A DNA stretch of 64,000 nucleotides from Bacteroidales bacterium UBA2714. Its GTDB lineage: Bacteria > Bacteroidota > Bacteroidia > Bacteroidales > P3. Below, one piece after another: positions 54,843 to 61,335 of the stretch. A program made the position numbers and the translations under genes. The DNA lies in NCBI GenBank assembly GCA_002354035.1, contig DEKU01000020.1, positions 51,205-115,204 of the forward strand, written 5' to 3'. The notes under the pieces were generated by a model. It had not been told where the DNA came from. It saw nothing but the letters and a program-made list of their open reading frames with translations, and ran no database searches. Position 1 is the first letter of the stretch. Each line of letters opens with the position of its first letter.

Positions 54843-55685
54843 TTAGAAACTGAGGACGGTGACCACGGGATAGTGGTCGGAGATGTAGGGCACACCATAG
54901 TCGTCGGTGAGGGTGCGGAAGGATTTGACTTTGCTCCATCCGCGGACGAAGAAGTGGTCAATCTGGGCCGGAGTGCCTTTGCCGAAGGCGTTGTAGGTGG
55001 TGGCACTGTCGGAGATCTCGGCCAGGTCGCGTGCCGAAGTGAGGTCGTGCATTTCCATGGGGTCGAAGATTTTGTCCTGCAAGGAGGAGTTCATGTCGCC
55101 ACCCATCACGCAGGGAACGTGGTAGGGCAGGGCCAGAGTGCAGAGCAGTTTGACAGAACTCTTCCGGGCCAAGGAGCCTACGTGGTCGAGGTGGGTGTTG
55201 AAGTAAACGAAGAGGCTGTCGGTCAGTTTGTCGCGGAAAAGGCCGACGGTGACGGTGCGGCGGCATGCGGCGTCCCATCCAAGGCTGACGGTTCTGGGGG
55301 TGTTGCTCAGCCAGTAGGTCTTTTGTTCGAGCAGTTCGAGGCGGTCGGTGCGGTAGAAGATGCACATGATTTCGCCCTCGCGGCGGCCGTCGTCGCGTCC
55401 CACGCCGAAGCTTTTGTATTCCCCGGCCAGGGCGCTGTCGAGATAGTCGAGCTGGTGGGGCAGCACTTCTTGCATGCCGATGGCGTCGGGGGCCTCCTTT
55501 CGAATCATTTCTACGACGGCTTCTTTGCGGTGCGACCAGGCATTTTCGCCGTCCTCACGCTCGGCCCATTCGCTGCCGTTGCGGATGTTGAACGACATGA
55601 ATTTGAGGTCGTGGTTTTTGTCGGTGAGTTGGGAGCTACCCATTGCAAGGGTTGCAATCAGTAAGATGATACTTATTTTTTTCAT
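54843..55685 (-). CDS. endonuclease/exonuclease/phosphatase (EEP) family protein, secreted
   Basis: 280 aa. Signal peptide, MSFNIRNG...GMQEV, and a terminal SDHYPV motif. Confidence 0.8.
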   Translation of the reverse strand: MKKISIILLIATLAMGSSQLTDKNHDLKFMSFNIRNGSEWAEREDGENAWSHRKEAVVEMIRKEAPDAIGMQEVLPHQLDYLDSALAGEYKSFGVGRDDGRREGEIMCIFYRTDRLELLEQKTYWLSNTPRTVSLGWDAACRRTVTVGLFRDKLTDSLFVYFNTHLDHVGSLARKSSVKLLCTLALPYHVPCVMGGDMNSSLQDKIFDPMEMHDLTSARDLAEISDSATTYNAFGKGTPAQIDHFFVRGWSKVKSFRTLTDDYGVPYISDHYPVVTVLSF

Positions 55686-55709
55686 GGGTGTTGGGTTTTA
55701 TTTCGACTG

Positions 55710-55717
55710 CAAAAATA
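55710..55717 (-). promoter_or_regulatory. -7 box TATTTTTG upstream of the EEP gene
   Basis: Plus strand CAAAAATA, about 25 nt upstream of the ATG at 55685. Confidence 0.4.
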
Positions 55718-55784
55718 CGAAAAAGTGCTGAATTATCGGTTTTTTGTGTCTCGGTATTTGCAAAAGGATGCTTTTCAGGGATGC

Positions 55785-55828
55785 AAAAAAGGCAGAGACA
55801 GTCGGTTGTGGGAGTGACGGTCTCTGCC
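55785..55828 (-). terminator. intrinsic terminator after the thioredoxin-fold gene
   Basis: GGCAGAGAC...GTCTCTGCC 9-bp stem, followed on the minus strand by U6. Confidence 0.6.
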
Positions 55829-55853
55829 CGAAAGTTGTTATTGCAGGGATGTG

Positions 55854-56399
55854 CTACTTGATGGTGTTGATGGCTTCGAGGGTCCAGTTTTGGAAGAACT
55901 CCATGACTCGTTTGGTGTTGTAGGACTTTTCCTCCTCGAGGTAGGAGCTGTTCTGGATGTGGAGCACACGGCCTTCGTGGTCGAGGATTACAAGGACGGG
56001 ATAGCCAAAACGTCCGGGGTTACCCAGCCGTTTCAGGGCTTCGATGTTCTTGTTTTCCTTAGAGGTGTTGACATGGATGTAGACAAAGTGTTTGTCCACC
56101 AGCTCGGCAATATCCTTGTTGTCATGGATGAACTGGTTGAACTTCAAGCACCAGGGGCACCAGTTGCCGCCCACTTGGCACATCACCAGACGGTTCGAGG
56201 CACGGGCTTCTTCCAGTGCTTTCTCTATCTGCTCCATGGCGTCGATCTTCTCGTCGTAAGGCTTCGTCATGTCGCGCCGTTCTTTCATCTCCTTTTTCCC
56301 GGTGTTCATCTTGGGAGCATTCTTGGAGGTGGTAAGGGTCTGGGCGCTTAGGGGCAGAGCCAGGCACATGATTGCGATAGCGATGATTATTCGTTTCAT
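55854..56399 (-). CDS. thioredoxin-fold protein (secreted, CxxC)
   Basis: Start moved to MKRIIIAIAIMCLALPLSAQ. Active-site-like GGNWCPWCLKF. Confidence 0.75.
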   Translation of the reverse strand: MKRIIIAIAIMCLALPLSAQTLTTSKNAPKMNTGKKEMKERRDMTKPYDEKIDAMEQIEKALEEARASNRLVMCQVGGNWCPWCLKFNQFIHDNKDIAELVDKHFVYIHVNTSKENKNIEALKRLGNPGRFGYPVLVILDHEGRVLHIQNSSYLEEEKSYNTKRVMEFFQNWTLEAINTIK

Positions 56400-56432
56400 T
56401 GTTTTAAGGATTTTGATGTGATACATACTTGT

Positions 56433-57617
56433 TTAAACGGCCATAAGCACCAAGAGCTGCGCCGTGAAAATGCGCAGGAACATGGTGAGGGGATAAACGG
56501 TGGCATAGCCCATATTGGGCAGTTTGCATCCCTCAGGGGCAATGTTGTTGGCAAAAGCCAGCGTGGGAGGGTCGGTGTGGGCTCCGCCGATAAAGCCGAT
56601 GAGGGTCCAATAGTTGAGGTGCAGCACCCAGCGGCCAAACAGGGTGACCAGAATGGGGGGCACCATGGTGATGATGACGCCGTAGACCACCCACATGTAG
56701 TGTACCTGCACGGTCTCCACAAACTTCTCGCCAGCTCCGAGGCCCACGCCTGCCAGGAAGAGGGCTATGCCCACTTCGCGCAGCATGTGCACGCCTTGGC
56801 CTTCGGTGAAGTCGGTGCTGAACCAGCCTTTCTTCACGCCCAGCCAGCCGCCAATCAGGGCCACCACCAGCGGGCCTCCGGCCAGTCCCAGTTTCACCGG
56901 GGCTTTCATGCCCACGGGAATGGGGATGGAGCCGAGCAGGATGCCCAGGGCGATGATGACGAACACGGGGATGAGCAGGATGCCACCTTTGCCCTTCTTG
57001 GGGGCCGATTCAGTGGCTGCAGGAGCGTCGGCGGTGGAAGGCTCTTTCTGGAGGTCCACACGGCAAATCCAGCGCAGCAGCAGACAGGAGACGATCATGC
57101 CCACCACAGCCAGCGGATAGGCCACGGCATAGCCCGCTGCCAGCCGTCCGGAAGCCCCCTCGATGCCGAGGTCGCCCACAGCCTGCTGTGCGGCGGAGAG
57201 ACCGGGAGTGTTGGTGATGGCTCCGGTGTAGACGCCGGCCATGTCGGTCAGCTCCTCGTTGGCCAGATTGGCTATCACCACAGTGATGCCGACACCCAGC
57301 GCCACGTTCACCACCGCCATCAGGTTCATGGCCAGTCCGCCTTTCTTAAACGAGCGGAAGAATCCGGGTCCCACTTGCAGTCCCACGGCTGTGACGAACA
57401 GTATCAGGCCGAATTCCTTGATGATATGCAGCATGTCGTGGTTGCATGCCACACCGATTGCGCTCAGCCCAATGCCCACAAAAAGCACCCACGTGATGCC
57501 CAGGGTGATGCCCTTCACTTTGATTTTGCCCAGCAGCAATCCTGCAAAAATAGAAACGGCAAGCATCAGCACCGTTGTCCCTACGCCGCCGTTGGTAAGT
57601 AAATTAGTGAACCACAT
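56433..57617 (-). CDS. AspT/YidE/YbjL-type transporter (duplicated permease domains, no TrkA-C insert)
   Basis: Start moved to MWFTNLLTNGGVGTT. The segment FAGLLLGKIKVKGITLGITWVLFVGIGLS is repeated in the second half (PVKLGLAGGPLVVALIGG). Confidence 0.6.
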   Translation of the reverse strand: MWFTNLLTNGGVGTTVLMLAVSIFAGLLLGKIKVKGITLGITWVLFVGIGLSAIGVACNHDMLHIIKEFGLILFVTAVGLQVGPGFFRSFKKGGLAMNLMAVVNVALGVGITVVIANLANEELTDMAGVYTGAITNTPGLSAAQQAVGDLGIEGASGRLAAGYAVAYPLAVVGMIVSCLLLRWICRVDLQKEPSTADAPAATESAPKKGKGGILLIPVFVIIALGILLGSIPIPVGMKAPVKLGLAGGPLVVALIGGWLGVKKGWFSTDFTEGQGVHMLREVGIALFLAGVGLGAGEKFVETVQVHYMWVVYGVIITMVPPILVTLFGRWVLHLNYWTLIGFIGGAHTDPPTLAFANNIAPEGCKLPNMGYATVYPLTMFLRIFTAQLLVLMAV

Positions 57618-57717
57618 AGTTTTCGAAGTATGAATGTAGTTAAACAAAAGGAAAAAACTAAAAACCAAAAGAGGACGATGCAACTTTCAGTTTTTAGTTT
57701 TTACCTGTTACAATATC

Positions 57718-58719
57718 TTAGTCGCCAAGTGTTGCAACCATGACGGCCTTAATGGTGTGCATGCGGTTCTCAGCCTCGTCGAACACGATGCTGTTCTCGC
57801 TCTCGAAGACCTCTTCGGTCACCTCGATGCCGTCCAGGCCGAACTGCTTGTTCACATCGCGTCCCACCTGGGTCTCCAGGTTGTGGTAAGCGGGCAGACA
57901 GTGCATGAATTTGCATTTGGGGTTGCCGGTGTTCTTCATCATCTGGGCGTTCACCTGATAGGGCATCAGCATGTCGATACGCTCTTTCCACACCTCGGCG
58001 GGCTCGCCCATGCTCACCCACACGTCGGTATAGATGAAGTCGCAACCCTCAACACCCTTCACGGGGTCGTCGGTCACGGTCACCTTGGCGCCGGTCTCCT
58101 TGGCAATCTCCTGGCATTTCTCCACCAGCCAGGCTTCGGGCTGAAGTTTCTTGGGAGCGATGATGCGCACATCCATGCCCATCTTGGCACCACCCACCAT
58201 CAGGCTGTTGCCCATGTTGAAACGGGCGTCGCCCACGTAGGCGAAAGTCACCTGGCTCAGGGGCTTGTCAACATGCTCCTGCATGGTGAGGAAGTCGGCC
58301 AGAATCTGTGTGGGGTGGCTCTCGTTGGTCAAGCCGTTCCACACGGGCACACCAGCGTATTTGGCCAGCTCCTCTACGGTCTCCTGCTTGAAGCCGCGGT
58401 ACTCGATGCCGTCGAACATGCGACCCAGCACGCGAGCCGTGTCCTTCATGCTCTCCTTCACGCCGATCTGGCTGCCGGTGGGACCCAGATAAGTCACGTG
58501 GGCACCCTGGTCCTTGGCGCCAACCTCGAAGGCGCAACGTGTGCGGGTGGAGGTCTTCTCGAAAATCAGGGCGATGTTCTTGCCCGTCAGCGTGGGCTGC
58601 TCGGTGCCGGTATACTTGGCGCGTTTCAGGTCGCGGGCCAGATCCAGCAGATAGTTAAGTTCCTTGGGGCTGAAGTCTAAAATCTTCAGAAAATTGCGGT
58701 TTCTTAAATTGTAAGCCAT
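57718..58719 (-). CDS. argF: ornithine carbamoyltransferase
   Basis: Start moved to [16 protein letters not shown]. Carbamoyl-phosphate motif [13 protein letters not shown], and ornithine-site HCLPAYH. The anabolic versus catabolic role cannot be decided from sequence. Confidence 0.88.
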   Translation of the reverse strand: MAYNLRNRNFLKILDFSPKELNYLLDLARDLKRAKYTGTEQPTLTGKNIALIFEKTSTRTRCAFEVGAKDQGAHVTYLGPTGSQIGVKESMKDTARVLGRMFDGIEYRGFKQETVEELAKYAGVPVWNGLTNESHPTQILADFLTMQEHVDKPLSQVTFAYVGDARFNMGNSLMVGGAKMGMDVRIIAPKKLQPEAWLVEKCQEIAKETGAKVTVTDDPVKGVEGCDFIYTDVWVSMGEPAEVWKERIDMLMPYQVNAQMMKNTGNPKCKFMHCLPAYHNLETQVGRDVNKQFGLDGIEVTEEVFESENSIVFDEAENRMHTIKAVMVATLGD

Positions 58720-58748
58720 TGTATTTATGTATTTAAATTGTAATTGCT

Positions 58749-59144
58749 CTATTGTTTGTCGCGGCGAAGGAAGTAGAACAGCCATATCAGCCCTGTCAGC
58801 AGCAGCGAGCCACCGCCTATGGCCAGCACCATCTTGCCGCCGGGCCAGCGCTGCAACACAAACAGCAGCCCTATCAGCGCAGCGGCCAGGCTGTAGCCCG
58901 TAAGGGTCATCCCGAAGTTCCATATCTGCGCCATGGGGGTGTCGGGCTTAGCCGGGAACAGCTTGCCCAGGTAGAAAGCCACGATGGCCAGCGTGCCGAA
59001 GCCCGTGGTGAGCAAAGCATCGTTATAGTGCACGCCCGCCAGTTTCAGCACCAGCGCCACCAGCACCAGCGCACCACCCATCACCGCCACCATCTTCATA
59101 AAGCGGCGCAGCCGGGCCGAAAATGTCTGAGGGTCTTTGTCCAT
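58749..59144 (-). CDS. small 4-TM membrane protein of unknown function
   Basis: 131 aa with four hydrophobic segments, located between the carbamate kinase and OTC genes. Confidence 0.5.
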   Translation of the reverse strand: MDKDPQTFSARLRRFMKMVAVMGGALVLVALVLKLAGVHYNDALLTTGFGTLAIVAFYLGKLFPAKPDTPMAQIWNFGMTLTGYSLAAALIGLLFVLQRWPGGKMVLAIGGGSLLLTGLIWLFYFLRRDKQ

Positions 59145-59166
59145 TACTTCTTTGCCGTTGCTTGGT

Positions 59167-60102
59167 TTATCGCACTATGCGTGTGCCGCAGTTGGGGTTG
59201 TCCAGCTGGCCCGCCTCGGTGATGATGCACTCCTTGCCGCCGTTCTCCACAAACATGATGGCGGCGCGGATTTTCGGTGCCATGCTGCCTTCGGCAAAAT
59301 GGCCAGCCTCCAGATACTCCTTGGCCTCGGCCACGGTGATCGTGTCCAGTGCCTTCTCGTTCTCCTTGCGGAAATTGATATACACCTTGGGCACATCCGT
59401 CAGGATGTAGAACTCGTCGGCGCCGATCTGCACTGCGCACAGGGCGCTGGCCAGGTCCTTGTCGATCACGGCCTCCACACCTCTCACATAGTCGCTCTCC
59501 TCCACCACCGGGATGCCGCCGCCGCCAACTGTCACCACAATGTGGCCGGCTTTGGCCAGCTCCTGCACCACCTTGATGTTGTTGATGCGGGTCGGTTTGG
59601 GCGAAGCCACCACCTTGCGCCAGCCGCGTCCCTTCGGGTCCTCCTTATACACGGCACCCGTCGTCTTGGCCAGATCGTCGGCTTGCTCCTTGGTGTAGTA
59701 GGGGCCCACAGGTTTGGTGGGGTTCTGGAACATCGGGTCGAACTTATTCACGGCCACCTGTGTCACCAGCGTCACCACATCGCGCTGAATGTCGTGGCGC
59801 GCCATCACATTGCGCAGCCCCATCTCAATCAGGTAAGCTATCGAACCCTGCGTCTCGGCCACACAGAAATCCATCGGCATGGCCTCAATACCGGCGCGCT
59901 TGCCCTCCTCGTGCTGCAACATCACATTGCCCACCTGAGGACCATTGCCATGGCCAATCACTATATTGTAGTTCCGTTTCAGCAGGTTGCACAGCGACTC
60001 GCAAGTCTGTTCCACATTTGCTATTTGTTCCTGATAAGTGCCCTTCTGGCCGCTGCGCAGCAGCGCATTGCCGCCGAAAGCCACCACAGCAAGTTTCTTC
60101 AT
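59167..60102 (-). CDS. arcC: carbamate kinase
   Basis: 311 aa. N-terminus KLAVVAFGGNALL, GHGNGPQVG, and full-length carbamate kinase-like sequence. Confidence 0.9.
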   Translation of the reverse strand: MKKLAVVAFGGNALLRSGQKGTYQEQIANVEQTCESLCNLLKRNYNIVIGHGNGPQVGNVMLQHEEGKRAGIEAMPMDFCVAETQGSIAYLIEMGLRNVMARHDIQRDVVTLVTQVAVNKFDPMFQNPTKPVGPYYTKEQADDLAKTTGAVYKEDPKGRGWRKVVASPKPTRINNIKVVQELAKAGHIVVTVGGGGIPVVEESDYVRGVEAVIDKDLASALCAVQIGADEFYILTDVPKVYINFRKENEKALDTITVAEAKEYLEAGHFAEGSMAPKIRAAIMFVENGGKECIITEAGQLDNPNCGTRIVR

Positions 60103-60165
60103 TTTCTATGTATCTTGTTAGTTACTATATTATTATATATTTCAGACGCAGGGCGTTTGAAAGTG

Positions 60166-60173
60166 CAAATTTA
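60166..60173 (-). promoter_or_regulatory. -7 box TAAATTTG upstream of arcC, embedded in a small palindrome
   Basis: Plus strand CAAATTTA within AAGTG-CAAATTTA-CACTT, about 64 nt upstream of the arcC ATG. Confidence 0.45.
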
Positions 60174-60756
60174 CACTTTTTTTTTGAATAAACAGAACCC
60201 TGTCACATTTATGCCTTCAAGGGCCGCGCGCCACCCCTGCCGAAAGGGCTCCGCACGGCTTTCGCGCAGCGGGATGGAAGCACGAAACCCCGGCCTGCTG
60301 GCCGGGGCTTCGTCCGAGGGTGCGGCGCACGCCATGCGTGCCTCCGCGGCAGTCTACCAGTTGAAGTTTCGAGTCAACCGCACAGGCATTCTACTCCATA
60401 TATGATGAGGACTATTGGTCAAGACACTAAACATCAAATAAGAATATGCATAAGTCCATATGCAGACAATTGAAATAATAGTCGTAACTTTGCACAGCCA
60501 AACAGTCAGGGCTGCGACAGCTTTAGGCCATCGTCACCTTAAAAGTCGGACGGGGCATCGAGCCCCGCCTCGACTTTGCCAAACAATCAGGGATGGCTCT
60601 GCATTATCCATTGTCACTACCCCTGTCAAGCGATTCAGTACGGCAGCAGTTTTTTTGACAAGCCAATCAGTTTAACCAGCAAAAATCTGTCAAGCGATTT
60701 CAGAAAAACACACCATGTCCGCCATTTAGTTTACATTTAGTTTCTATTTATCCTAT

Positions 60757-60781
60757 GTTTTGTTTCTTGACAAGAGACAAA
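60757..60781. repeat. 12-bp inverted repeat sharing its core with the 32845..32883 palindrome
   Basis: TTTTGTTTCTTG-a-CAAGAgACAAAA (one mismatch). The same TTTTGTTTCTTG-N-CAAGAAACAAAA core occurs at 32.86 kb. Confidence 0.7.
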
Positions 60782-61267
60782 ATGGTGGCAAACAGCAAAC
60801 GAACATCAGGCCAAAGAGAAGAGAAAAAGGTGGCAACAAAACCGCTGGAACAGCTGTAGAGTCAGGCCCGGAGGAGACAGAGCCGGGGTCAGTGAGAGTG
60901 GTCTGCACAAAGTCGAGGAGCTGGACGGGGGAGACGGCGGTGGAGGAAGGAGGAGGGAGGGAAGGAAGGGAATGAGGGAGAATGGGGTGGCGGTGATTTG
61001 GAGGGCTGGTTGTGGTCGAATGGCTGGGACGGGTTGGAGGTGGCTTTTGTTCTCGTGGAGGGGTTGTTTTGCCGTTTGTTGCAGATGGGACAGTCTCGTG
61101 CAACCGCCGATAATCGCCCGCAAGTGGCTGGGACAGATACAGCTGTATGCTTTGCCTACAGAAAACAGAGCAATACAGCAACGCTCAGCAAGGGCAAAAC
61201 ATCAAAGCGAACGGCTTTTAGTACCTATTTTGAAAGAAATAAGTTTGCAGATATGGAAAAATAAAGT

Positions 61268-61275
61268 TATTTTTG
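61268..61275 (+). promoter_or_regulatory. -7 box TATTTTTG upstream of the HD-GHKL gene
   Basis: Matches TAnnTTTG, about 60 nt upstream of the ATG at 61336. Confidence 0.4.
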
Positions 61276-61335
61276 CATTCTGTATTGTTCTTGGGAACAA
61301 GAGGATGATTCTGTTTTATTAAATTGATTCGCAAA

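Noticed and set aside
56433-60102. Calling the region a complete arginine deiminase (ADI) operon.
   Set aside because: Only arcC and an OTC are present. No arginine deiminase or ArcD antiporter gene is in the window, so the pathway assignment is left open.
56418-60405. Long plus-strand ORFs opposite the transporter, OTC and carbamate kinase genes (56418..57602, 57757..58680, 59137..60405).
   Set aside because: They are antisense artefacts with His/Gly/Ala/Gln-rich low complexity. The minus-strand genes have diagnostic motifs.
60190-60420. GC-rich structured block considered as RNase P RNA, tmRNA, SRP RNA or a riboswitch leader of arcC.
   Set aside because: I could not find the P4 signatures (GGAAAGUCC with a correctly placed ACAGAAnnnGGCUUA; an isolated ACAGAACCC at 60191 sits at the wrong end). 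There is no tRNA-like tmRNA end and no SRP domain IV motif (GGAA...AGCAGCC). The arcC -7 box (60166..60173) lies downstream of the block, so it is not the arcC 5' UTR. It is kept only as an unclassified candidate (see findings).
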